Shown one piece after another: positions 1 to 12,408 of a stretch of 50,041 nt of DNA. Made by a program: the position numbers and the translations under genes. The stretch comes from Coniocarpon cinnabarinum (lineage: Eukaryota). Numbering within the stretch: the first letter of the stretch is position 1; each line of letters begins with the position of its first letter. The stretch lies in assembly GCA_051942205.1 (NCBI GenBank), contig JAVECO010000170.1, positions 1 to 50,041 on the forward strand, in the 5' to 3' direction. The notes under the pieces are model-generated. The model had not been told where the DNA came from and searched no databases. It saw nothing but the letters and a program-made list of their open reading frames with translations.

Positions 1-607
1 CCCCCCAAAGAGAGCGTGAGACGGCCACATAATCGCTCTGGCCCTCGCCTCCTCTTCCTCCTCTGCCCTCTCTCCCTCTTGACAACCTCCCTTCTTCCCT
101 TCCACACGCCCTCTCTCTCTCTCCCTCGTCTCCCCCTCCACCGCTCGTCTCTCCATCGCTCCATCAGAGGTCTCCTTGCAACCTCGTCCACTCCTTTGCC
201 AAATTAATCTAGCGTTGCATTTTTTCTTCCCACGTTCCTTTCAGCCAACTTACAGTCTTGCTCATTGTCATTCTAGTCCTGCGGACCGCTTCCAGCCCTT
301 TACAACCACTGCCACTTAAGTCAGTCAACTACACGCAACGCGCGTCAATCACTCATTCTCCTCCAACACTCACTAATACTCGTCCGCGCCGCAGTATAAT
401 CGACTTCTCTCTGCTCTCGCATCTCGACCCAAGCATTGTCAATTCAGCTCGGCAACGGGCGCATCGCCTCACCTGCTCAAGCTTCTCACTACTTGGCTTG
501 AATTGCGGCGCATCCAGCACGTCAGTGCTTCACGTGCTTCGACAGCCTGGTTTCAGGGCCTTCATTTACCCGTGTGGGTCGCACTGCCAAGGCATCTCCC
601 ACGCATC

Positions 608-2926
608 ATGGCAGACGTACTTCCCCAACCATCACCAACCTTCACGCTCCACGTTGGCTCACCGCCTATGGACTCGCCAATGGATATTTCAGATGCGCCC
701 TTCGTTGACGCGTCCGCCGAGCCTCTTCCTCTGCAGCAAAGCCAGTCTATGAGCAACCCCTTCCCATGGACGTCAGATTCCAGCCACGGTCTGGAGCCTA
801 TGTCCAGCGGCCACAAGCACAAGAAGCACAAGTCGATGGCTTTGCCCGACTTTAGTTTCAATCCGGGGTCTCATCACGCTTCTGACCCCGTCCAACTATC
901 TCCACCGTCTTCTCCACATGCAACAGATGCCCCTTCTGCTGCCTCGAAGGTCAAGCACGGGCATCGCCGCACTCGTTCGGAGCTTCCAGGTGTCGAGCCA
1001 CGCGCAAGCCCGGGCCTTACACTCCCGCCCGCCGTCGAGAAAACTGGTGATGAGACCGCAGCGCCCGATCCTCCCGCTAGTAACACACTGGCTCCCAAGA
1101 AAGGTCACAAGCATCGTAGATCTGCCGCAGTCTCCAAGGATCTCACCGGCATCACGAAAGGTTCTGATGCTTTGGTGGCCTCTGACGGTTCGTTGTCGCT
1201 CACACCTCAATCGTCTTTCCCAGGGGCGCCATCGCTTCATGCGCCTGTCGACTCCGCACACACGACATGGTCTTCTTCTCCAACTCGCTCCAGCTTCGGC
1301 AGCGACACTGAGCTTGGCAACAACCAAAAATTGCCGTTCTTGCAGCCGACGAACAGAGCTGCTGCTCTTCGCCCGACACATAGCAGCGATGGTGTAGCGA
1401 CCCAAACAGCCCGTCCTCAGCTGAGCCACAGACCAGCTACAGATCCTGTCTCGCTCCAGGGATATTTCGACATTCCCGTCGAGGATTCTGATTTTCCCGC
1501 TGTATCCATTGTCGAGCACGCTGGAATTGAGCTCTCGCCATTTGCGTTTGACGATGCTCCTGTGTTGAACGAGAACTTCGATGAAGACCCTACCTCAACC
1601 ATCGAAGTTTCTCATCGCCGCATCGTCTCTCATCCCGAGAGCTTCAAAAGTCCTCGTTTGGAAGTCGAGCCAGCCAATACGTCCGATGTCATGATCGATC
1701 TTGACTCTGCCAACGACGTCACCGAAAGCATTCCAATGACGGCTGAAGAGCTGCGTGTCCTGCGTCACAAGAGCTTCTCCGCCGCTCGCCGCAGTATGCA
1801 CAGCGGTGGAATGGATATTCCCACCGTAAGACCTGGTTTTCCCATGCACCGGCGTACCGAAAGCGCGCCCAGTCTTGCTGTCCCTCTTGTGGAGCGTCCG
1901 TCGAGCTCTCGTACCGACACAGTGGACACGGCATCTGAGAAAGGATTCGAGATGGAAAACGTGTTCGAAGAAGACGAGGAAGAGCTCCAAGCTGCACGCG
2001 AAGAGGAGGAGCAGTTCAGGCTGGAGTCACGCCGCAAGTCGGAGCAGATTGGTCTGGGCATTGGATCACCAATGGCAGAAGGAATGTCGCCAAGCGACAG
2101 CTCAACTAAAAGATCCAGTGTGATCCGTGTCGAAGGCTCTGATGGACACGACACACCGACCCCAACCAGTGAGCGAGACATCCCGAGCAGAGCTCAAACG
2201 ATCCGCCAGACATCGAGCAATCGTCAGTCGGTGATTCTCGCTGACGCACCGACCGGAGAACATGACAGCACTCATGACTCGCTTCGACCGCCCACTCTGA
2301 TTTCAGAGTCGGACTCCGCCCGCACCTCATCCGAATATGGCCTTCGCCCCGTTTCTCAGCCGACGTCCAACTTGTCCGTTGGCTCTTGGGCGCATCAGCA
2401 GGACGCCAGCTCTTTTGGCTCCACGCCGAATGATCCCTCACAGAGCAGCGCCTGGAGTACGCCTAAGCTGGACACTGCTGCAACATCAGTTTCCGATCAA
2501 CCACACCTTCATCCGCCCTCGTTTCACGGCGATGCGTACACCACCTCCAGTGTTTCAACCGACGGCATTCCGTCGTTGGTCAGCAGCAGCTCAACGATGA
2601 GTGGAGGCTTTGCGTATCCAGGTTTCCCTCCGTCTCCATCCACACCGTCTGGAAGTCAAGGTCGCCAATCGACTCTCAGTCTAGCTTCGAGGCGTCGTAG
2701 CAAGCGCGCAAGCATTGCGAGCATCACCCAGCTCTTTCCCATGTCTCGCTCCGGTGCTACCAGAAGCACACTAGCAGTCGAGCATGACGAGAGATGTCAG
2801 ACGTCAGGTGGTCTCAGCACGATCAGTTCTGCCGCCACTCCGACCCCTGTCAAGGAGAAGAGGCTGAAGCGGATCGGCAAAGTCCTGAGGTTCTGGAAGT
2901 CCAAGGAAGATATTGCCACGGGATGA
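608..2926 (+). CDS. Ser/Pro-rich low-complexity fungal protein (resembles the family often annotated 'cell wall proline-rich protein')
   Basis: Long intronless ORF; first in-frame ATG at 608 (MADVLPQ). It has repeated basic motifs (HGHRRTRSE, GHKHRRSAAVS, HRRTESAP), an LPDFSFNPG motif, an acidic FEEDEEE patch and a KVLRFWKSK end. A pyrimidine-rich tract lies upstream at ~45-200. Confidence 0.8.
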   Translation: MADVLPQPSPTFTLHVGSPPMDSPMDISDAPFVDASAEPLPLQQSQSMSNPFPWTSDSSHGLEPMSSGHKHKKHKSMALPDFSFNPGSHHASDPVQLSPPSSPHATDAPSAASKVKHGHRRTRSELPGVEPRASPGLTLPPAVEKTGDETAAPDPPASNTLAPKKGHKHRRSAAVSKDLTGITKGSDALVASDGSLSLTPQSSFPGAPSLHAPVDSAHTTWSSSPTRSSFGSDTELGNNQKLPFLQPTNRAAALRPTHSSDGVATQTARPQLSHRPATDPVSLQGYFDIPVEDSDFPAVSIVEHAGIELSPFAFDDAPVLNENFDEDPTSTIEVSHRRIVSHPESFKSPRLEVEPANTSDVMIDLDSANDVTESIPMTAEELRVLRHKSFSAARRSMHSGGMDIPTVRPGFPMHRRTESAPSLAVPLVERPSSSRTDTVDTASEKGFEMENVFEEDEEELQAAREEEEQFRLESRRKSEQIGLGIGSPMAEGMSPSDSSTKRSSVIRVEGSDGHDTPTPTSERDIPSRAQTIRQTSSNRQSVILADAPTGEHDSTHDSLRPPTLISESDSARTSSEYGLRPVSQPTSNLSVGSWAHQQDASSFGSTPNDPSQSSAWSTPKLDTAATSVSDQPHLHPPSFHGDAYTTSSVSTDGIPSLVSSSSTMSGGFAYPGFPPSPSTPSGSQGRQSTLSLASRRRSKRASIASITQLFPMSRSGATRSTLAVEHDERCQTSGGLSTISSAATPTPVKEKRLKRIGKVLRFWKSKEDIATG

Positions 2927-4586
2927 ACTATTGTGGTGCACATGATGGAAAACCACAGAATCCCAAATCTCCACACGTCTCCTCCAGCAGTCCTGGAGCA
3001 GAGCAAACAGAAGACCAGCATCAGTCGCTCTGGACCTGCGAGGCCACTGCTTGCCTCACAGCAGCGGTCATGCGACCAATTTTGCAGCGCTAAGCTGCCA
3101 TGTACGAATACGCGAAGCACATCCCCCAATATAGCACCAATCACCAGCATGAGCATGTGGAGGACACCCAGCGCGGCAGCACTGCGCCTCTCCGCGCTTG
3201 GACATCTTGACTGATATCTTAGCGCCATCACTCACGCTTTTGAAAAGGACGAAACTACCCCAAAAACAATTTAGTTGCGTGCTTTTCCCCCGCTTCTTGC
3301 GAGCATAGCCTGCGTATGTAGATGTGATGTCGATAGTGGTAACGACTTGTTTATGAGTGGTTTGAGGTCTTGACTCTTCTGTCTTTTGTCTTCATGCGAG
3401 TCTTTCAACGATCAAATTGTAATGTTGTGTTCCTCGGAAGTAGGTGTGTGACGACTTATGTTTCATTTATCGTGCTACTGCTGTGTTACGTAGGTTATAT
3501 ATTATCATTCTTGATTCGCTACCAGTACGCGCCGAGGCACATGAGATTGGCGATTCATAAAGTCTTCTCTTGAATCAGTCGTCGAGGATTAGTACCACAG
3601 TGTGAGGACGCGAGAAAACTTCCCTGCGAACTTTTTTGTTTTTTGGTCTTTCATCATTGATAAGTCAATTCGAGTGCAGTCGTCACGAGGTCGGCTGAAG
3701 CATCAATGCTCCAGAGTACCTCATGGCTGAGTACCTATGGCAGTTCGAATCTTGCTGAACAGTACAGACGATGCACTCATATGAGCATTCTCCATTACTC
3801 TCGATTCCATGACAGCAGAAACAGGACACGATATGCAAGAAACGGAAGGTCGAATCTTCTATTACAACCTCTCTACTTCATCCTCAAGAGCAGAAATGAC
3901 TGCAATATCGTTCGACGATTTCGGCTGTTGTTCGACGGGCGTCGAAATTTATGATGGGTGTGATTGAAATTTGGCGTATTGGTATTGGTATTGGCTCTAG
4001 ATTGTGACTCTAGAAATTGTTTGGAATTGGGTCAAGAAATTGTGACTCTACAACTTGTGACTGTGAAAATTGGGTCAAGAAAGTTGTCCAAGAAAGTGTG
4101 TTCTATGCAGGGGATCTGTATGAAGTGTTGACAATTTCTGTGGTCACGCTTGGGATTTCTGTTATCACATTGAACTTCGCATCCCTCCAGCTTCACGTAT
4201 CTTGATATAAATGATTCAAAACGGGAGTATGTCACTCAAATTCGTGCGCTGACATTCGTCTGCTGAATTTTTTACTAAAGGGGAAAATTGTGGGGGTTTG
4301 TGTCTGGTTTGGGTCGTGTGATTAGGTTTGATACCTTTCCTCCTCTTTCTTTATTGAGGGATGCTCTGTTGTTCTTGTCGTGAAGATGGTGGTGGCGAGT
4401 AGATTATGTGGTGATTATATCATAGCTTGTTTTGCTAATGCTGTGGCTATTATGGTTGTGATCGTGGTTGTGGTTGTGATTGTGATTGTGGATGTGGATG
4501 TTTGGTCGGTCGGTCATGGTTGGTTGGTCGGCTGTGGTTGGTTGGTTGGTTGGTCGATTGTGGTTGTTTGGCAAGTATCGGTTCAC

Positions 4587-4656
4587 AAGTCACGGTTGGT
4601 AAATCACGGTTGGTAAGTCACGGCTGGTAAGTCACGATTGGTAAATTATGGTTGAC
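4587..4656. repeat. 14-bp tandem repeat (AAGTCACGGTTGGT, 4 copies plus 1 degenerate) next to GT-rich low-complexity sequence
   Basis: Units at 4587, 4601, 4615, 4629 and 4643; GTTGTG/ATTGTG and GTTG runs at ~4450-4570. Confidence 0.85.
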
Positions 4657-4978
4657 TATTACACACAGTCGCTTGCAGTGTCGAAAAAGCAGCGTGTGGG
4701 GTGCGCACCTTGTTTGAAACGGCGTGAATTTCGTTCCCATGGTGAAAGTTGCTTTGGCTAGACAGCACGTGGTATTGGTTCCTTTTTTTCTCGCCTGTAT
4801 GATCCCTCTAGTTATACTGGGCATGTCATTGTCTAAAGTTTGTCCTAAGATTTCGTTATGAAGCATTGGTCCGGCAAAAGCACATTCGATAGAGTACCAT
4901 GCGTTAGGCACCGGCGCCCTTATCTATCCCATATCAATTTATTTTCTGTGGAAGAGCTCGAGAACTGTTGGACACGTC

Positions 4979-5287
4979 CTACTCGTCTTCCACTTTGACA
5001 CCACTCACAGACGAGTTCTGATGCTCGTCCCTGAGCTCGTTCTTGACTTGGTTCTTCACTTCTTCCTTCACATCCTCCTCCACCTCTTTCTTGACATCTA
5101 CCTTACTATCATGCTTGATCTCCTCTTTCAGCTCATATTGTTGCTCTTGTGACCACAGACTAATCGATGATTGAGGATCCGGTGCATCGAGTGTCTCGAA
5201 GAAGAGTCGCGGCGTGGAAAGGCTGACATCGACGTCAGCATGGTCTCTATTCTTTGCGACGGCATGTTCGATGCAGGGACTGTGCAT
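4979..5287 (-). CDS. Orphan ORF or last exon with K/E-rich C-terminus (unit 1 of tandem array; possibly pseudogene)
   Basis: ORF ending ...KEEIKHDSKVDVKKEVEEDVKEEVK...VKVEDE; it lies downstream of the same upstream sequence block seen in unit 2. The 5' part cannot be modelled. Confidence 0.3.
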   Translation of the reverse strand: MHSPCIEHAVAKNRDHADVDVSLSTPRLFFETLDAPDPQSSISLWSQEQQYELKEEIKHDSKVDVKKEVEEDVKEEVKNQVKNELRDEHQNSSVSGVKVEDE

Positions 5288-5569
5288 TTGCTTGACTTGT
5301 CATCAATTTCGTGTTGGAGTAGGTGGGGATTGATGGCATCCTGTCCTGGAAGACGGTGATGGAAAACCTTGACACCTGGAATAACATGCGCACGGATCCA
5401 TCTAGCGATTCACAACAACCTTTCCTAAGGCCCCAAGACGTCGACGAAAAGCCTAATGAACTGTCTGCACTATCTGTTCAGATATACTTGGAACGAGATG
5501 AAGGAAGCAGAAGAAAGAACGGAAAAATACTGGGATGGACCATGTTTTCTAAAATTCTGCAAATTGGAT

Positions 5570-5800
5570 CAAGCGGCTCAAAATGGTGAACAAAGTTACC
5601 TTGCATGCTCTGAAAGTGTGTTCAAGCTACGCCGTTGGTCACTGAGCCATAATCCTGTTCTACGGAGATCCAAGATGGCTTGCGGCTCGCCGCAAAGGCG
5701 TCGTCGTGTATCGAATATGACGTCGTTTTTCGCAGAGGATGATCCTGCTTTGAGAACGTGCAAGATGCCTTGCGGGTCGCCGCTAATGCGCCCTCATTGT
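5570..5800. repeat. Upstream block duplicated at 7727-7960, itself internally repeated
   Basis: CAAGCGGCTCAAAA(T/A)GGTGA at 5570 and 7727; CAAGATG(G/C)CTTGCGG-TCGCCGC units at ~5671 and ~5761. Confidence 0.75.
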
Positions 5801-6805
5801 TAATCGTGGGACACAGATGCCCTTATTTCAGGGTTTGGTGCCGCATGGTGTGCTGATTGCCACCATCAACTATGTTTGATGGTGCGATAACATGGAAAGG
5901 ATGCCCTCGTGCTTATAGTTTCGAGTCTTGAGCTGGTTTGACTCACCCTTCATTCCTTTTTAATAGGCCTTGATCCATTCTTGGGTCAATGAGTCCATTT
6001 TAGCAGGTCCAAGAAGTTGTGTTCGTAGGCGTTGAAATTCTTTCGCCAGGTACATAAATGGGTTTGTTTAGCATGAGAGCTCATCCCTTGGGTACGAAAA
6101 CCGATCTATTGGTCTTTGATCACCTCTATAGGTCACTCAATCCAAAAGGTGCTTCGGTTAGCGGATGCGAGCAGTAATCAACGTCAATTGTCGCGGTCCA
6201 AGATGTCAGTCTAATGGAAGTAGAGCGGAGACTAACAGATTGCCGTGACTTATGTGGACTCACAAGCTGGAATGGGAGAGCGCGCGAGTGCTTAGCACGG
6301 GCCGTTTAACAGTGAGCATATCCAATCCAACAGGTGGTCCGAGTTATTCGACATCATAGCGTATGGTAAGTGAAGCGCTGAATAAAACCGAAAGACGCAC
6401 ATGCCAGTCTAAGATCGCCTTGCAAAGATGATTCTCGGCACAATCATTCTCCATTACATCTCGCGTTATTGTTCAAGAGAGTAAGTCGCATCAAGCCATG
6501 GGCATCGATTGACAACGTTGCCAATGTTATCACCGATGATGATTAGCAAGATATAGTATTCAACATACTATACATTACATATAAGATCAAGGTGTTGTTG
6601 AATGAGTGTGTCTATCAAGCATGCTGTTGCTGTTGTGACAATATCCAAAGTGACAGAATATGATCAGCCATACTCGGCTAGACTGATAACCACGACACTT
6701 GGCCTGAGAGGATGCGTATATGCTAGGGGCGCAAATTGGTATCGTGACCACGGTCAGCTGTTGGGACCAGAAGATCCAGTCATATGAGCAAAGACTCTAA
6801 GACAC

Positions 6806-7336
6806 TCAATCTGGACTCCCTTCGACGTCTGGACCTTCAGAACTGTCCAAATGAGCTTGGTGGCCCTTCTTGGTGGGAACTTCAATTTTGTCTCCTTCTT
6901 TAGGCAGAGTCGGGACGGGATATCCCTCATGTCGAGATTCAATACGGGCTTCCTCGACCTCATAGATCCACGCTTGGTCTGTAGTGGAGAGAAATCTAAT
7001 TTATCAGCTCCACTTCATCAATCAAACCAAATAGGAGATAGTATACCTCAATTTCACGCTGACGTCTGGGTAGATAACAGGGGCACTGTTCATTTTATGC
7101 TCATATTTGCAGGCGACTTGGAGGACTGCATCATAGCCATTCTGCTCAACATATTCCGGTTTGTCGTGTAAGCCAGAGAGATGGACATGGAAGGTGACGC
7201 GGGTAGCCGCGCCTCCCTCGTCGTTCACTTGGACAAGGTATGCAAACCACTTGTCGTCGATGTTATTGCAACACACACCCATACGCATGGGGTGGAAGCC
7301 AAGAGGCGCGGCCGCTGGCTCAGTTGATTCTGGCAT
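6806..7336 (-). CDS. Orphan spliced gene, DDKWFAYL family member (3' exons; 5' exons probably extend to ATG 7716)
   Basis: Exon 7336-7047, phase-2 intron 7046-6996 (GT..GCTGAT..TAG) and exon 6995-6806 splice in frame (..VKLR/FLSTTDQAW..EGYPVPTLPKEGDKIEVP..). A GCTAAC..CAG acceptor just before 7336 indicates further upstream exons. Confidence 0.55.
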
Positions 7337-7726
7337 GCTGCATTAAGAAGCGCGTTAGCAATACCACCTCCACCAACCTCGAGAGGGTCTGCCAATGGAA
7401 GCCAGATCCATTCTCGATGGACTCGAGCGCCTCAAGGAGATGATGTCCACCGCTTCAGGATGCTTGGGAACATTATACCCTCAATAGCAGTGCGGCGTAT
7501 CAGACATGGACTCGTCGAGGGAATGCTATGGCTCATGCGAGTGCTTTCAGAATTCAGAGCCATGAAGAAGTGGTCGTACTCACTTGAAGAAAGGCTTGCT
7601 TTGTATGCACAATATGTTCTAATACAGGTGTCGAGACAAGGTGTGATGCTGAATGCAGGGAAAGTTTCGAAGTCTGGCAAGCATGGCTGCGGCCGGCCAG
7701 GCTTTATGGCTGCCATTTGCGTGGCT

Positions 7727-7960
7727 CAAGCGGCTCAAAAAGGTGACGACAGTTGCCTGGAGTTGTTTGCAAGTGAAAATCCTGATTTCGGGGTGTACAA
7801 GATGCCCAGTTGCTTGCCGCTAATGCGTCGATATTGTTCGTCGAGGGGCGGTGACCCCGGCTTTGGGATGTACAAGATGCCTAATGCGTCATGCGTTGTT
7901 TGTCGAAGGGCGGTGATTAGGGCTTTGGGATGTACGAGATGCCTTGCGGTTCGCCGCCAA
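7727..7960. repeat. Second copy of the upstream block, three internal units
   Basis: GGTGTACAAGATGCC, GGGATGTACAAGATGCC and GGGATGTACGAGATGCCTTGCGGTTCGCCGCC at ~7792, ~7865 and ~7927. Confidence 0.75.
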
Positions 7961-8727
7961 CATGTTCTTGTTTGTGGAAGAGCAAGAACTGCGGCTTGAA
8001 AGTGTACAGGATTCCTGACAGGTCGGGGTTAGCACGTCGTCGTTTGTTAGATGTCCACAGAACTGTACGTTTTTTTGGGGCACATGATTGAATGGCCTTG
8101 GAGAATGCGACATGCACCTATATCTTTTGATGCTCAGGGCAGGATCACTCATTCAACCTGGCATGAGGTCCAGACACGCAGTATTGTAAACCACCTTTCG
8201 CGGACGCTCGACCTTGATCGATTAGCGATCACACGATGTGTTTCAGCGGTGAAAAAAAGAATGTGGGATAGAACGCCTTGCGAAAGGAAAAGACGCGCAC
8301 ACCTGGTCTTATATGCTCTGCAGGCACTGATATCCCTGTCAATTCGTTTCCATTCTAGAGGTCAATGGCGTCGACGTTGATACACCCAAGGTCACGTGGG
8401 GTATAAATATATTAAGATCTCATGCGGTACATGAGGTTCATGAGGTTCATGATAAATGTCCTTGCAAATGAGTGTAGCTATGAGAAAGTGCTGCTGCTGC
8501 TGCTCCCAAGCCTCAGAACGTATGGAGATGTAATTTGCTGGGTCGAGGTCGACAACACTTGTCATCAGGACATAGTCGTCTTCCTGGCCGCAAATGATTA
8601 TTTTGACCATGAAAGGCTGCTGACATACGAGAGACAGCGACGCTGATAGCACCCTCTTCTACAAAGGACAGGACCGTCCCTAGGCTGGCTGTCGCTCACG
8701 GCTCTGCCCCATGCGTGCTAGTATCGC

Positions 8728-9209
8728 TCATTGCCTGTAGTGAGCATGCTCGCCATTAGTGAGCTCGCCATTAGTGAGCTCTCGATGTTCGTCTTCGGGG
8801 ACTTTCAGTTCCTCCTCGCCGAACATGGTTGGCATCTCGCGGCCTTCGTCTGCAGCTCGTTGCGTGGTTCTCACTTTGAAGCAGTGGTGATGGTCTTCAA
8901 ATCGGTGGTAGCTACATCGTCAACTTAGTGAAATCCAAGTGCATGGGCCCAAACTTACTAGAGTGCCGCGCTGGCATGTGAATGCCGATCCATAGAAGCA
9001 CTGCTGGTCTTATGCCCAGTTTTGCGGATGTACTCTTTGACCACTGTCTTGCCGAATGACACGTCGTAGTTAGGGACATGGTATAGCAATACTTTAATAA
9101 TATAGTAGCCTTCGTCCGTCAAATAGGCGAACCACTTGTCATCGTCCCGGCAACGCCAAATGTTATCACCAACATTGATGAACTCCTTATCTGTTCTCCG
9201 GGCGGCCAT
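8728..9209 (-). CDS. Orphan spliced gene, DDKWFAYL family member (3' exons; 5' exons may extend to ~9700)
   Basis: Exon 9209-8959, phase-2 intron 8958-8912 (GTAAGT..TAG) and exon 8911-8728 splice in frame (..HASAALY/YHRFEDHHHCFKV..EGREMPTMFGEEELKVP..). Confidence 0.55.
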
Positions 9210-10983
9210 CTGGTTGTATTGATCGTATGCTAGAAAGATTAGCGCGTCAGCATCACCACCTCGTGGGACTCCGAAAATGTGCTCTTTGCAACAGCGTCAG
9301 CTCCCAAGGGTTCTGTGCTCCTCAAAGCAAGCGGCAACAAATGTTCCCTCAACCGCCCCAAGATGGAGCGTTGTTCTCTTCAAAGTTGTGCAACACATGC
9401 ATGATGGCGTTGCAGAGCACCAGGAACGGAATCTCGAGTGCGTCGACCGATTTGCGCAGATATCTCTGACATGTTTGCTCAAGGGCAAGGTGAGAGCACT
9501 GACCTGAGGCAAGACGTAATTTGCTGGCGTATAAGGTTCGATGAGAGCGTTGCAGATAAGCTTTGAGGTACTTTGTGAGGGGAGGAAGTTTGGGAGACCG
9601 GCTAGGTCCAGCCAGACTTTATAGATGCCTCTGACATCGCTCAAAGGGTTGAGGTCGACGGTAAGCAATGCATGAAAGTCGTTCGCAAGAGCGTTCAAGC
9701 TGCCTTACGGGCTTCAACAAAGGTAGAATGTGTGTAAACGGGCGAGCATTACGTCTTTGCAAGTTCTACAAGCTGCCTAATGAGCTGGCACAAGGAGCTT
9801 GACTGTTGTTCAAGAGCAAGATTTCCTGCATTTTGAGTCACTTAATGTGGCCGTGCCGAAAAAGCGGCAATGAACTGATGAGGATTATCGTAATAATTTT
9901 GAGACCGCCCAATAAACGCGAAGTCCCAAGCTGTGAGCAGGCTCATGTGATCTTTGCATCTTGCCACAAAAGCCTCGTACAGCAGCTCTCAACATTTCAA
10001 CGATTCTCGGCTTGAGGCTGAGTTGAACAGCGTTCGATATATGATATGGTTTCCATTCGCGGGCTGGATACCTATTGGCTAAAGGTTACGTCGTTCCTCG
10101 CCTTCAGCTAGGCATCTTGACCGCTTTGAGCATCGTCTGAGACTTGCTGCACGGCTGACGAATCGTCCATGACTCTTTATGGTACTACGGATCTTTAGTG
10201 CTACGCTCAAACGTGTCAAAGTGGGACCACGGATTGACATCAGTCATTATTTTCACATCTTCGTGATACTTGGTAGGAACAGCTCGTTTGCATGCAGAGG
10301 CGTGTTGGTGCATCTATAGTCAGCAAAACGCCTACCAGATATTGTTTACCAATACGCCAACTCCATTGCTTAGCATATAACGTTTGACTCTCAGTGTGGA
10401 AGGTGTTAAGTCACTTCACGCAGCAGGTATTCCAAGTGGTGACAAACGTAGGTAGTTGCAATAGAAGTGGCCCGTCACGTGCGCGTGCGAGGGCGCTGAA
10501 CATCCGGCCCGCTTCCCCACGTCCGCCGCTAATGCAACGCTAATGCGGAAGGCGGCCAAAGCCTCCTTACGCAATGTACATATGTGGCATAGTGTGCAAA
10601 TGCTTTGGATTCTATGCCATTGCCTCTTCTGGACCCCATTCGTAGACGTATATGTCAAAAGCATGATATGTATCCAACGAATTTTTAAGTTTTTGGTGAG
10701 CGGGGCAAGGAGGTACGAGCACAAGTCGTGACAGCGATGTCACGGGGTGCAAAAGCAATGCTTGTTCGGCAGGGTAAGTGAACGGTTCTTCGCCCAGCCC
10801 CAGTTGCTCATCCTTGCATCCACATCAAGTACGTATCTACATTGCCGAGATCGCTTAGTGATAGGATCTAGGAGTGCAGCATACTGATCCTGCACTGGAA
10901 ATTTGCGTTTCGGTGCCGACCCAGTGCTATGACACAGAACAATATTGTTTCTCTTCCTGCTGCTTGAACGGATTCCCCACACC

Positions 10984-11805
10984 ATGACCAATCCCTTACA
11001 AAAACGTAAAAACACGCAGTCGAGCCTCAACAATCCCCGCAGCCGATCGCGTTACCGTTCCGTGGCTCGCAAGTCTCGCAGCACCGTTCGCGCAAATCCT
11101 GTGCTCGCAAAGCACTGGGATCACTCCCTTACGCCAAGTCAAAATTACGAGAATCTGGGCTTTGTGAAGAAGTTGAACAGGCTTGTTGATCCACGAAGTG
11201 ATGCGGCTCAAGGCGTCAAGCGGAAGGGAGAGAATGATGGCCTACTCGAATACGGAGAAAATTTCGGCGTTGAAGAAGTCCAAGAAATCATGGGAGACGA
11301 GAAAGAGCAAGGGCCGGCAATAGGTGAGATGAAGGTGGTGAGGGACAAGGATGGGAAGATCTTGAGAATAGCACAGGAGAGCAATCCTCGAAAAGCGGAG
11401 ATATCACACCAAGGCACACAAGCCGAAGAAACGTGGAAAGTGGCCAGGCCAGAAGACGGTCTCGCTGACGCAGACCCTCAAACACACACTGGCGAAAAGT
11501 CACGAAGGTCGGCCAATCGGCTAGTGGAGAAGCTGGAGGATACAGCAGCAGAATATTCAAGAGGCCCCTCTGCAGCTGGTGCAAGAAGATTAAGTCCACG
11601 AGAACGTGAATGGTGTACGGCCATGGTCGCTAAGCATGGGGCAGAAGCATCTGGCGACAACGATGGGCACATAAAGTTTGATTGGGATGCGATGTGCAGA
11701 GACAGGAAGATGAATGTGATGCAGCTAAGTCGAGGGCAGATGCGGCAGAAGATCAAGAGGTTTCTAGCTAGTCAGGGCAAGAACGCGATAGAAATTGATG
11801 CATAG
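10984..11805 (+). CDS. NOP16: Ribosome biogenesis protein Nop16
   Basis: Basic N-terminus (LQKRKN), HWDHSLTPSQNYENLG motif, and C-terminal LSPREREW..MVAKHG..DWDAMCRDRKMNVMQLSRGQMRQKI, all typical of Nop16. Confidence 0.85.
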   Translation: MTNPLQKRKNTQSSLNNPRSRSRYRSVARKSRSTVRANPVLAKHWDHSLTPSQNYENLGFVKKLNRLVDPRSDAAQGVKRKGENDGLLEYGENFGVEEVQEIMGDEKEQGPAIGEMKVVRDKDGKILRIAQESNPRKAEISHQGTQAEETWKVARPEDGLADADPQTHTGEKSRRSANRLVEKLEDTAAEYSRGPSAAGARRLSPREREWCTAMVAKHGAEASGDNDGHIKFDWDAMCRDRKMNVMQLSRGQMRQKIKRFLASQGKNAIEIDA

Positions 11806-12408
11806 ACGACTTGCAGGACTGACATCTTCGTCGCGCATTCAGCCGAGCGTCGCAAGCCATTCCTTCGGGCTGCGATGCCTTTCATTGATCTTGTGGACGC
11901 GTGCGTCTTCTCCGGTTGCCTGCTTTGATGGGTCTACCGATCATCACATCCACGAACAGGCTTTCCGACTCGAGACCCTACTGCCGTGTACTCAGGTTCA
12001 CTTTGTCCTGTGTGTAGTAGAGCGGTCTCTATTCGCTGGCTGGCTGGGAAGAAAACAAACTAGCACGGTCAGGTAAATATGTGTCTTCCAAGAAGGGGTG
12101 ACTCTTGGCAAAGTGGCGCAGTTTCTGGACGACGCATTTTCTCGCCGCAGCGGTATCACTTCCATGCACCTCACGCGCATCAGGCTCAACCTTTGCAGAA
12201 TGCCTACATTTCTGCTTGTGCCTATTGGGTCATTCGCGCCTGTTTCGGATGCTATTCTGGGATACACAGTGCCTGGCTGTGAAGAGCACACTTCAAAAAC
12301 GCAATGCTTTGAAGCCAGATCGCAACTTCCGTGCTGACTGAAACGCAAATCACCCCTCATCTCACGGCTTTGATCTTGCTAATGTGATCCACCAATTCAT
12401 TGACCACA

